Source of the DNA: an uncultured delta proteobacterium
Lineage (GTDB): Bacteria; Desulfobacterota; Binatia; UBA9968
DNA length: 64,000 bases
Direction of reading: 5' to 3'
Assembly (NCBI GenBank): GCA_963771465.1
Contig: CAVYTU010000014.1
Coordinates: 864,001-928,000 of the forward strand
A model generated the notes under the pieces. It searched no databases and was not told the DNA's origin. It saw only the letters and a program-made list of their open reading frames with translations. The translations under genes were made by a program, and so were the position numbers. Positions within the stretch are counted from its first letter, which is position 1. Each line of letters begins with the position of its first letter. Positions 1 through 8,848 of this stretch are shown in pieces.

Positions 1-1
1 C

Positions 2-871
2 ATCTTCGTCACCAAAGAAGGTAAACTGTTCGAGAAGTACGGACTCGACGCCGAGGTCATCACCGTCATGGGGTCAGGGATCGGCTCGAAAGCGTTGATC
101 AGCGGCAACTTGGACATTATTCCCATCGCGACGCCGACAGTTATCGCGGCCAATCTGGCGGGCGCCGACATGGCCATTCTGGCGCATACGATGCCCGCAG
201 TGGTTCACGCCTTGATGGTTCGGCCCGATATCAAGCGGCCGGAGGATCTGAAAGGCAAAAAAATCGGCGTGTCGAGTTTGGGCTCGTTGACGGATTTTTT
301 GGTGCGCTCGATCGCCAAGAAAAAAGGGCTCAACCCCGATCGCGACATAACTCTGCTGACAACCGGCGGCAGCGATACCGAACGCGTCATGGCGCTCAAG
401 GCCGGTGCGGTCGAGGCGGCGGCGGTGTCTCATCCCGGCTACGGTTTGGCGCGGAAAATGGGATTCAACATGCTTTGGGATTCGGCCAAGGAACTCGACT
501 ACCCGTGGATGGAAATTACCACGCGCCGCGCCGCGATCAAAAACGATCGCGAACTGATTACGCAGATACATGAAAGCACACCTGGAAGGCATCGCGCTGT
601 TTAAAACCAACCGCGAATTTCGGCGTCAAGGTCATCAAGAAGAACCTTGAAAATGACTGATGACGAATTAGTCAATGAATCCTACGAAATCTTCTCAAAA
701 ATGTTTCTGCCGACGCCGTATCCCAATCATCCGGGGATGAAGATAAGCTTCGAGTACGTCGCGATGACGCGCAACGACGTCTGGGGTCACAAGCCGGAAG
801 AGTTTACCGATCCGAGTTTCGTCACGGAGCTGGATAAAAGCGGCTTTATCAAGTCGCTGTATGGGAAGTGA
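2..871 (+). pseudogene. NitT/TauT-family ABC substrate-binding protein, 5'-partial, disrupted by three apparent +1 insertions (sequencing error or pseudogene)
   Basis: ORFs 68..604 and 647..871 align with the N- and C-terminal parts of the intact paralog at 12017..13015. Removing single bases near 562-566, 621 and 643 restores YMKAHLEGIALFKTNREFGVKVIKKTLKMTDD, matching the paralog's YMRAHVEGIARFKQEPELGKRVIKKMLRLNDD. Confidence 0.8.
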
Positions 872-1125
872 GCGCTGACTGACTATCGAGCAGAGTACCG
901 AAAAGGGAGATCCCGCGTCTGTTGCGCAAGATCCTGAACGATAATCCGTGAAGATTCTACGGGCTATAGGTAGTTTCCCTCAGCGCGGTCAGGGCGTCCG
1001 CAGTTCACTTACAAAAAGTTTCCCGCGATACGATCACTTTGTGGGATAAACGCTATACATCCGACCGATAAAGCCGCAGTCATCAGGTTTGCGGAGGGAT
1101 GTATGTAAAAGTCCCTCAAGGCGCT

Positions 1126-3804
1126 TCACGCGTGGGCGTCGGCCCAGTTGGCGCCGCTGTGTACTTCGACCGCCAAGCCGCAGCGCAGATCGGCGGCTTG
1201 AGTCATTTCTCTTTCGATCAATGCGCGCGCTTGACTGACCTTGTCCGCCGGCACTTCAAAAACCAATTCGTCGTGAACCGTCAGAAGCATTTTGGCGACC
1301 GGCTCCTTGCGCAACGCGGCGTCGACATTGATCATCGCCTTCTTGAGAATGTCGGCGGCGCTTCCCTGGATCGGTGCGTTGAGCGCCATGCGCTCGCCGA
1401 TTGCGCGCAGACGGAAATTAGACGACTGCAACTCGGGCAGATAGCGGCGCCGGCCGAACATGGTTGTGGTAAAGCCGTCAACTTTCGCTTTCTCCACCTG
1501 GGCGGCAAGAAATTCTTTTAGCTTTGGAAATTGCGCGTAGTAGGTTTCGACGAAGCTCGCGGCTTCATCCATTTCGACGCCAAGGCGCTGCGAGACACCG
1601 TAAGTGGACATGCCGTAGGCGATGCCGTAAGAAAACTGTTTGACCCGATTGCGCATCTCCGAAGTCACTTCACTCAATGGCACGTTGAAGACTTTTCCGG
1701 CGATGGTCGCGTGGAAGTCGTGCTTCTGGGCGAACGCTTGGCAAAACGTCTCATCCTCGGACAGATGCGCCAGCACGCGCAGCTCGATTTGCGAATAATC
1801 AGCCGAGAGCAAAACCTGTCCCGGCGGCGCAATGAAAGCGCGGCGAATTTGTCGTCCGAGATCAGCGCGAATGGGAATGTTTTGCAAATTAGGTGCGGTC
1901 GATGACAATCGCCCGGTCGCCGCCGTGGTCTGCTCGTAGGTCGTATGGATGCGTCCAGTCTTGGGATCGATGAGGCCGAGCAGCATTTCGCTGAAACCAT
2001 TCTTGAGCTTCGAGACCTCGCGGTATTCGAGCAATGAAGCGACGATCGGGTGCCGGTCGGCGAGCTTCTCCAACTCGGCGGCATCCGTGGAATAGCCGGT
2101 TTTGATTTTTCTGGTTTTCGGCAAGGCTAGTTTGTCGAAAAGAATGCGCTGCAGCTGCAGGTTGGAGTTGACGTTGAACTCTTCGCCAGCGAGCTGTTGA
2201 ATCGTCTGCTCCAGGCTTATTACCTTCTGCCCGAAGTCCGAGTTCAGCTTATCGAGATAGTCCCGATCGACTAGAATGCCGGTGTGCTCCATGCGCGCGA
2301 GCACTGGGATCAAGGGAAACTCGAGAGTCTTGGCAAGCTCCCAGGCGCCTTGCGCGCGGAGTTTCTCCTCGACGGCCGGCGCCACGGCGCGGACCGCCAC
2401 GGCCTCCCGACATACGCTTTGCTTTTCATCCGTTTCAAAAGACAGCGTGCCCTGCTCACCAGCTTGCGGTTCTCCGTTCTGCAAATCGAGGCTGACGCCT
2501 AGATAACGACTCACGATGTCGCGCAGGTCGTACCCTGACGAGGAGCCGGGTTCGAGGAGATAGGCGGCGAGCTTGGTGTCACAGTGCAAACCTTCGATTT
2601 CTACGCCGGCGTTGAGAGCGGAACGGAAAAGCTTTTTGGCGTCATGGGCGATTTTTTGCCGGTTCGAATCCCTCAGTGCGCCGGCGATCCTGCGCATGGC
2701 ATCATTACACGGCATAATGCGCGCCTCGCCAGATCCATCGCTCACGGCGAGCCACTGATCGTTCCAAGCGAGCGCAATCATTTCGCCCGGCCGCAGCTCG
2801 CTCTCCGAGGCGAGCTCCGAAGTCGAATTCACTTCCAACACGGGCGCCGCCGCCGCAGCGCCGTGAAATTTGAGTTCCTTCAGCCGCTCGTGCAGGCTGC
2901 GAAATTCGAGCGAGTGAAAAAGGCTGCGCACTGCTTCGTCATCCCATGCTTCCAGTCGCAGTTTCGCCGGATCGAGGTCGAGACGCACATCGTCGAGCAG
3001 ATGCCCCAGCTCTTTATTGATCCGAACTTGAGCCGCATGCTTCTTGATCGCTTCGCGAAGTTTCGGCGTCAGTTCCTCTGCATGGGCTATCACCTGCTCG
3101 ATATCGCCGTACTTATTGATGAGCTGCGCGGCGGTCTTGTCGCCGACGCCGGGCACGCCCGGTAAGTTGTCCGCGCTTTCACCCTTGAGGGCGACGAAAT
3201 CGATCCACTTTTCCGGTGTCACGCCGTAGCGCTCGATCACCGTCGGCGAGTCATAACGGATGACGTCAGAAATACCGCGTCGGGTCATAATGACGGCGAC
3301 ACCGTCGCGAACCAATTGAAGGATATCCCGGTCGCCGGTGACGATAAGCACCTCGCAACCTTCTTCGCACGCGTGCTTGGTCAAGGTCGCCAGAAGGTCG
3401 TCGGCCTCATAGCCTTCCAACTCGACTATGGGAATCCGCAAGCTCTCGAGCACATCGCGAATCAAAGGTAGCTGCTGCTTGAACAAGTCCGGCGTCGCCG
3501 CGCGCCCAGCCTTGTACTCCGCGTAACGGTCGAGACGGAATTGCGGCGCGCCTTTGTCGAAGCAAACGACTACCCCTTGTGGCCGCTCGTCGGCGAGAAG
3601 CTTGATCAGCATCGCAGTGAAGCCGTAGACAGCGTTGGTCACTTGCCCGGACGACGTGACGAGAGTATCGGGCAGTGCAAAAAAAGCGCGGTAGGCCAGC
3701 GAATGCCCGTCGAGCAGCACCACTTTGTGCGCGTCCGGTTTGATCGCCGCCGCCATCGCGCGGTTAGACTTTATTTCAGTTCGTTTTTTGGCTTTGTCGC
3801 TCAT
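1126..3804 (-). CDS. polA: DNA polymerase I
   Basis: 5'-3' exonuclease motifs (LLDGHSLAYRAFFAL, GYEADD, TGDRD, DNLPGVPGVGDKTA); family A motifs TGRLSSTAPNLQNIP, ADYSQIELR, KxxxYGIAYG, VHDEL. 3'-5' exonuclease acidic residues not evident. Confidence 0.98.
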   Translation of the reverse strand: MSDKAKKRTEIKSNRAMAAAIKPDAHKVVLLDGHSLAYRAFFALPDTLVTSSGQVTNAVYGFTAMLIKLLADERPQGVVVCFDKGAPQFRLDRYAEYKAGRAATPDLFKQQLPLIRDVLESLRIPIVELEGYEADDLLATLTKHACEEGCEVLIVTGDRDILQLVRDGVAVIMTRRGISDVIRYDSPTVIERYGVTPEKWIDFVALKGESADNLPGVPGVGDKTAAQLINKYGDIEQVIAHAEELTPKLREAIKKHAAQVRINKELGHLLDDVRLDLDPAKLRLEAWDDEAVRSLFHSLEFRSLHERLKELKFHGAAAAAPVLEVNSTSELASESELRPGEMIALAWNDQWLAVSDGSGEARIMPCNDAMRRIAGALRDSNRQKIAHDAKKLFRSALNAGVEIEGLHCDTKLAAYLLEPGSSSGYDLRDIVSRYLGVSLDLQNGEPQAGEQGTLSFETDEKQSVCREAVAVRAVAPAVEEKLRAQGAWELAKTLEFPLIPVLARMEHTGILVDRDYLDKLNSDFGQKVISLEQTIQQLAGEEFNVNSNLQLQRILFDKLALPKTRKIKTGYSTDAAELEKLADRHPIVASLLEYREVSKLKNGFSEMLLGLIDPKTGRIHTTYEQTTAATGRLSSTAPNLQNIPIRADLGRQIRRAFIAPPGQVLLSADYSQIELRVLAHLSEDETFCQAFAQKHDFHATIAGKVFNVPLSEVTSEMRNRVKQFSYGIAYGMSTYGVSQRLGVEMDEAASFVETYYAQFPKLKEFLAAQVEKAKVDGFTTTMFGRRRYLPELQSSNFRLRAIGERMALNAPIQGSAADILKKAMINVDAALRKEPVAKMLLTVHDELVFEVPADKVSQARALIEREMTQAADLRCGLAVEVHSGANWADAHA

Positions 3805-3915
3805 GGAATGAGTCTAACCAGTGAATTCGTTCGCGGCAATATCGCGAGCCTCCAGCCGGGCGGAATCCAGTAAGATCTATGCTATATCCGTCGCTAAGTG
3901 CGCGGCCAATATTCG

Positions 3916-4563
3916 CTAGTACAACTTTCCTTCAAACACCCAGCGATCGAGATTGTCAAAGTACGCCCGGCGCAACAGTAAACTCATCGCCACGGCGCGG
4001 CCGGCGCGTTCCTGTTTCTCCGCCGTCGTCGCGTATTTGACGAGAATCTCAAATGGGTAATTACCATGTTCTTCTTCGTCTTCGTGGATTTTCTGATAGG
4101 GCGCGGTGACCCAGCGGGGAACTGTGCCGGCGTGTAAACTCTTGGCGATTAAATAATCGGCGACGCCTTCGCCGGCCATGGGGAACGCGGCGATCCTTTC
4201 GACTGTGTCGGTCAGTCCTTCGAAGGCGTTGAACATCGCCATCTGCGCGGGCAGCGCCTGATAGTCGTGCGGCGTGGCGCCTTTGCTGCGCAGAGCTTCT
4301 TCAAGGAATGTCGCGTGCTGGTATTCTTCATGAGTCGATTCAGCGAGGATTTTCTTCACGTCGAGTTCGGGTGTGCTCTTCAACCAGCCGCCGAAGATTT
4401 CGCCGGCGCGGATTTCATTAAACAGCCGGCTCTGCATGACTTTGATTCTCATTTCATCCGTCGTCAGCGGAATAAAGCTATAAGCCGGTAACTTCGCGTC
4501 GAGGTTCTTGCAGAACTCGGCGACATGTTTTTCCAGCGATTTGGCAAATTCACGGCTATCCAT
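3916..4563 (-). CDS. Ferritin-like (diiron-carboxylate) domain protein
   Basis: Two ExxH motifs (EEYQH, DEEEH), each preceded by a Glu-bearing helix (NEIRAGE, GEGVA); GGAG RBS upstream. Confidence 0.75.
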   Translation of the reverse strand: MDSREFAKSLEKHVAEFCKNLDAKLPAYSFIPLTTDEMRIKVMQSRLFNEIRAGEIFGGWLKSTPELDVKKILAESTHEEYQHATFLEEALRSKGATPHDYQALPAQMAMFNAFEGLTDTVERIAAFPMAGEGVADYLIAKSLHAGTVPRWVTAPYQKIHEDEEEHGNYPFEILVKYATTAEKQERAGRAVAMSLLLRRAYFDNLDRWVFEGKLY

Positions 4564-4631
4564 GTTTCACTCCGGAGGCGATTTTGTTTCAGCCATTCGC
4601 TATCAAGTCAAATCTTCAGGGTCAAGCAGGT

Positions 4632-5513
4632 TCAGCGATTGGTGATCAACACGACGCCGCCAACCATCAAGATCGCGCCGCAGATGATGCGTAGATTGAC
4701 CGTTTCGACCTTGCGCAAAAACAGCGCGCTGAAAAAAACCGAGAACAGTGGCGTGGTATTGAGCAGGGGAATGATCACGGCCATCTGACCGCGGCCGAGG
4801 GCGATGAAGTTGGCGATTTGCGCGGCGGTGGCGACCAATGCGGCGGCGAGGAAGAACAAAAAGCTCGTGCGGTTCATGCGAAACTGCTGGCCACGGCCGG
4901 TGCTGAAGACGAAACCCAAGAGAAGAATCAGCGACACGGTGGTGACGATGGCGACCGCGACAAATGGATCGGGAATGATTTTGAGCGCTTGCTTGCGCAG
5001 CGTCTGCGAGATCGCCGAGATCAACGCGGCGCTGATCGGCAGGAGCGCGTCGATGACGCGCCATTTGGCGTCGTGCGGCTGCTTGCCAGAGATCAACCAG
5101 AGACTGCCGACGATTAGCAACGTGCCGACATACACTGGCAGTCCTGGTTCTTCGTTCAACACGAGCACGGCGATGGCCGCGGCGAAGAGCGGCTCAATAC
5201 CGCGCAGCGGCCCGGCACGGGCAACGCCGATTCGGGTAATGCCTTCATAGAAAAGTGCGCGGGCAAAGAGCGGCTGCATACAGCCGCTGATCAGGTAGTA
5301 GATCATCGCCGGCGAAGCGAGAAACTCCAGCGAGGTGGTGGCGATCAAGTAAGTCCAGACGCAGGTGATCGAGACCGCGTAGCTCATCAGCATGGCGGCG
5401 AAGATGTTGGACTTGTGCAAGCCAAAACGGACGAGGATGGAGTCGATCGCCCAGCCCATGGCGGACCAGATGGCGATGATTTCAGGGACCAGTAGCGTCA
5501 AAGCTTGACTCAA
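4632..5513 (-). CDS. EamA/DMT family transporter
   Basis: 293 aa with about 10 hydrophobic segments in two repeats; EamA-like motifs (GVARAGPLRGIEPLFAA, LNTTPLFSVFFSALFLRKVE). Confidence 0.88.
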   Translation of the reverse strand: MSQALTLLVPEIIAIWSAMGWAIDSILVRFGLHKSNIFAAMLMSYAVSITCVWTYLIATTSLEFLASPAMIYYLISGCMQPLFARALFYEGITRIGVARAGPLRGIEPLFAAAIAVLVLNEEPGLPVYVGTLLIVGSLWLISGKQPHDAKWRVIDALLPISAALISAISQTLRKQALKIIPDPFVAVAIVTTVSLILLLGFVFSTGRGQQFRMNRTSFLFFLAAALVATAAQIANFIALGRGQMAVIIPLLNTTPLFSVFFSALFLRKVETVNLRIICGAILMVGGVVLITNR

Positions 5514-5674
5514 TTCGTTGGTGCTTCCAGATAAGCCGAGGAGCGGATTTATTGCAAACGTTGAGGCGCGCCGCTGCCGACGATTTGAACCGCGGCAAGC
5601 TGACCCTTGCAGCGATGCGACGGCGTATCCTAAGATCGCCCGATGTTGGCGACAAATTTCTACTGGAGGGATTT

Positions 5675-6112
5675 ATGGAGAAACAAGCTCAAGTGGTTCA
5701 GCTAAAAACTCAGCTGGTAAAGGAAGGGCACACTCGCTTCATGCTCGCTGAGACCGATCTAATGACGCTACGGATTCACTGCTATGCGCCGGGCATCGGT
5801 GAAAATGCATTGCATGCCCATACCAAAGAGGATCATATCTTTGTCGTTTTAGAGGGAACCGCGCAGTTCACTACCGGGAGAGATGGAAAAACCGTCGTCG
5901 GTGCGACAAAGAATCATGCGGTAGTGTTGCCGGCGGGGAGTTACTATCAATTTTGTAACTCAGGTCAGACGCCGCTGGTGATGGCGCGCATCGGCGCCGG
6001 CTCCGATAAGGCGGACCAACGGCTCAACCCGGATGGCAGCGCGATCCCCGGCCGTGCGCAAGAACACGGCGCGGCAAAACCGGTTTTGATAGAAGGCGCC
6101 TTCTTCGAGTAG
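5675..6112 (+). CDS. Cupin domain protein
   Basis: ENALHAHTKEDHIFVVLEG cupin motif 1 and LPAGSYYQFCN motif 2. Start moved to ATG 5675 because GGAGG lies at 5665-5669. Confidence 0.85.
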   Translation: MEKQAQVVQLKTQLVKEGHTRFMLAETDLMTLRIHCYAPGIGENALHAHTKEDHIFVVLEGTAQFTTGRDGKTVVGATKNHAVVLPAGSYYQFCNSGQTPLVMARIGAGSDKADQRLNPDGSAIPGRAQEHGAAKPVLIEGAFFE

Positions 6113-6140
6113 TGACAATCGATTGGAACGTGAGGGAGGG

Positions 6141-6207
6141 GACAAGCCCGTGCCGGTTGGGGGCGGACACGGGCTTGTCGGGGGAGCTTCCCCACTCGGG
6201 GAAGTTC
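6141..6207. other. Tandem GC-rich hairpins between convergent genes (terminator or structured 3' UTR)
   Basis: GACAAGCCCGTG (6141-6152) pairs with CACGGGCTTGTC (6168-6179); second hairpin GAGCTTCCCC-ACTC-GGGGAAGTTC (6184-6207). Confidence 0.6.
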
Positions 6208-6219
6208 GCAGAAACAAAA

Positions 6220-6429
6220 TCAAGCGAAGTCGCGCATGTGGGAAAAGGTATGTTGCAACTTTCTCAATTCACCATTGATCCAGCGTTGTCGGCGGCGATG
6301 CTGGGTGAGATGGGGCTTAAGAAGCGATACCGGAAACATCTTGGCACCGCATTTTTCACACATCGCGCCGCGCAAGTTTCTTTTTTCGATGGAAATAATT
6401 TTTGAGCTAATTTGGGTTACTGGATTCAT
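6220..6429 (-). CDS. Small protein with C2H2 zinc-finger spacing
   Basis: CEKC-x12-H-x3-H with Leu three residues before the first His; GGAGG RBS; sigma54-type promoter directly upstream. Confidence 0.7.
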   Translation of the reverse strand: MNPVTQISSKIISIEKRNLRGAMCEKCGAKMFPVSLLKPHLTQHRRRQRWINGELRKLQHTFSHMRDFA

Positions 6430-6459
6430 CCGCGTCCTCCTGCAATGCCTGGATTAGAC

Positions 6460-6475
6460 AGCAAGGCTCATGCCA
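6460..6475 (-). promoter_or_regulatory. sigma54 (-24/-12) promoter
   Basis: Minus strand reads TGGCATGAGCCTTGCT, matching TGGCAC-N5-TTGCW, about 30 nt upstream of ATG 6429. Confidence 0.78.
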
Positions 6476-6731
6476 GCGCATTTGATGCATGAACTGCTGG
6501 GGAAACGCGCGACTTTGCTTGGATTCTCGCGATCAGATAGCCGGCCTTACGTTTGTGGATGACTCCTGAGTTGACAGTGCCTTGCCATAGGTGACAGCAC
6601 AATGGCAGAGAGACGAATGAGAATAGCGGAAAATTCTAAAAGCGTGCGAGAAGCGTTACCAAGTTACACCAAAACCGGACAATTATCCCGACGGAAATTT
6701 CATGGTGTCACGATGTCGCGGGAACCACGCA

Positions 6732-7781
6732 TCAGAGATATTGCTTGAAGCCGAAAAATTCAGCAGCAGTGCCGCCTAATAAGTTGTCAATGTCCTGGGA
6801 GCTCAGTCCTTGGTGAGCTTGCAGCATCGAGATGGTATTGGGTGAAGTGCCGTCCGGGTGGGGGTAGTCGCTGCCGATCATCAATCGCGCGCTACCAAGG
6901 CGTTTGACTACGTCGGGGAGCGTCGAGTCCTCTGAGCCGAAAGAGAAATAGAAATTATCGAAACAGTCCTTGGGCCGGCGTGGAGTCCGTGCGCGCGCCG
7001 CCGGCCGTGCGTCGTACGCCATCTCAAGGCGATCGAGCAGCCAGGGAATCCAGCCGATACCGACTTCAAAATAGCCGAACTTTAGCGCCGGAAAACGATT
7101 GAGAACGCCGCTAAAGATAAGCGCTGAGATCGCTGTGAAAACTTCGAAGGGAAAACCCAAACAAACATCGAGGTTGTAGCGCGCGAAGCGCTCGACGCCG
7201 AGCAATGGGCCGCTGTCGACGCCGTGGACCGATAGCGGCACGGCGAGTTTTTCGACGGCCTCATAGAACGGCCAGAGAAATTCGCTGTCCAAGTCTTTGC
7301 CATTAATGTTCTGGTACATGATCACCGAGTGGAGGCCGAGTTCTTTGATGGCGAACTCGGCTTCAGCGATCGCGAGCTCGATGTCTTGCAGCGGCACCGC
7401 GGCGATGCCGATGAATTTGTTCGGGTACTTTTTCAGTATTCGCGCGATGGCCTGATTGTAGGCGCGGCTGACGTTGGCGCCCATGACGGCGTCGACGTCG
7501 TAGTAAAACGGCGCGTTGTTGGGAATCAACACTTGCATATCGAAGCCATCCTGCGCCATCGCTTCGAGGCGCGGTTCGATCTCAAAAGTGGCTTTGGGAC
7601 GGCCGTTGACGCGGAGCGGTTTGATATGTTCCGGCACAAACGGCGCGCGCGCCGGATAATCGATCCGATAATGGCCAGACGGCAACTCGACCAACCGTGG
7701 GCCTTGACCGACGTATTTTGGCTCTAAATCGGCGAACGCGTCCAGCGGTGTAAAATGAGTGTCGGAATCGATGCGGATCAT
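6732..7781 (-). CDS. Amidohydrolase family 2 protein (decarboxylase/hydratase-like)
   Basis: N-terminal IDSDTH; LSVHG; FEVGIGW; MIGSDYPH. Confidence 0.9.
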   Translation of the reverse strand: MIRIDSDTHFTPLDAFADLEPKYVGQGPRLVELPSGHYRIDYPARAPFVPEHIKPLRVNGRPKATFEIEPRLEAMAQDGFDMQVLIPNNAPFYYDVDAVMGANVSRAYNQAIARILKKYPNKFIGIAAVPLQDIELAIAEAEFAIKELGLHSVIMYQNINGKDLDSEFLWPFYEAVEKLAVPLSVHGVDSGPLLGVERFARYNLDVCLGFPFEVFTAISALIFSGVLNRFPALKFGYFEVGIGWIPWLLDRLEMAYDARPAARARTPRRPKDCFDNFYFSFGSEDSTLPDVVKRLGSARLMIGSDYPHPDGTSPNTISMLQAHQGLSSQDIDNLLGGTAAEFFGFKQYL

Positions 7782-7828
7782 CTTGCGCCTCCAACCTGTG
7801 GCAAGAAATTTAGCTGTGCAAAATCAAT

Positions 7829-8800
7829 TTATCGCAGAGTTCGCTCAGCCGCCGCAAGGATAAGTTCTTTGCTCGGTAAAAACTGCTTTTCCAACGCCGG
7901 ACTCGCGGGTACTGGCGCGAACGGCGCGGCGACCCGGCCGATCGGGCTGTCGAGATAATGGAAAGCTTCTTGCTGAACTCGGGCGACGATTTCGGCGCCG
8001 ATGCCGCCTTGTTCGACGGCTTCGTGGACGACGATCATGCGGCTGGTTTTCTTTACCGAGTTGACCATCGTCTCGATATCGAGCGGCGAGATCGTGCGCG
8101 GGTCGACGACTTCCGCCGAGATTCCCTCCGCTTCTAATTCTTTCGCCGCCGCCAACGCTGGGCCAACCATGCTGGACAGTGCAACGATGGTCACTTGCTC
8201 GCCTTGGCGCAGTACCGAGGCTTTGCCGATCGGGACGAGGGATTCCTCGTCGGGAACGTTGCCTTTCGACCAATAAAGTCCACGGTGTTCGATGAAGACG
8301 ACTGGGTTGTCGTCGCGGATCGCCGATTTCAATAGTCCTTTGGCGTCGGCCGGATTGGCCGGCATGACGACTTTTAGACCGGGAACATGGGCGAGCCACG
8401 ATTCTAAACTCTGCGAATGGTGCGCGCCCATGGCGCCGCTGATACCGCACTGCACGCGGACCGTCAGCGGAATTCTCAATTGTCCGCCGGACATGTAGTG
8501 CAGCTTGGCGGCGTGATTGATCAGTTGGTCCATCGCCAGGGTGATAAAGTCGATGAACATGATTTCAACGATCGGTCGTAAGCCGGCGGTTGCCGCGCCG
8601 ATGGTGATGCCCATGACCGTCGCTTCGCTGATCGGCGTGTTGACCAATCGGTTGACGCCAAAGGTTTCCGCCAATCCTTTCGTGACGCCGAACGGCCCGC
8701 CGAGGGCGACATCTTCGCCGAAAACATAGACCGATGAATCACGGCGCAACTCTTCTTCGATTCCCGTGCGGATCGCTTCGAGGTAAGTTTGTTCGGGCAT
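7829..8800 (-). CDS. acoB: Acetoin/pyruvate dehydrogenase-like E1 beta subunit
   Basis: GEDVALGG, NTPISE, VEIMFIDF, AHHSQS, VDPRTISPLD. Start set at MPEQTY (8800) by family N-terminus. Confidence 0.8.
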   Translation of the reverse strand: MPEQTYLEAIRTGIEEELRRDSSVYVFGEDVALGGPFGVTKGLAETFGVNRLVNTPISEATVMGITIGAATAGLRPIVEIMFIDFITLAMDQLINHAAKLHYMSGGQLRIPLTVRVQCGISGAMGAHHSQSLESWLAHVPGLKVVMPANPADAKGLLKSAIRDDNPVVFIEHRGLYWSKGNVPDEESLVPIGKASVLRQGEQVTIVALSSMVGPALAAAKELEAEGISAEVVDPRTISPLDIETMVNSVKKTSRMIVVHEAVEQGGIGAEIVARVQQEAFHYLDSPIGRVAAPFAPVPASPALEKQFLPSKELILAAAERTLR

Positions 8801-8848
8801 GGTGTTTAGAAATTCGGCGATGGACACAGCGTGCCGCACCGCCATACG

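Noticed and set aside
555-650. Programmed ribosomal frameshifting
   Set aside because: Three separate shifts would be needed and there is no convincing slippery site with a stimulatory structure.
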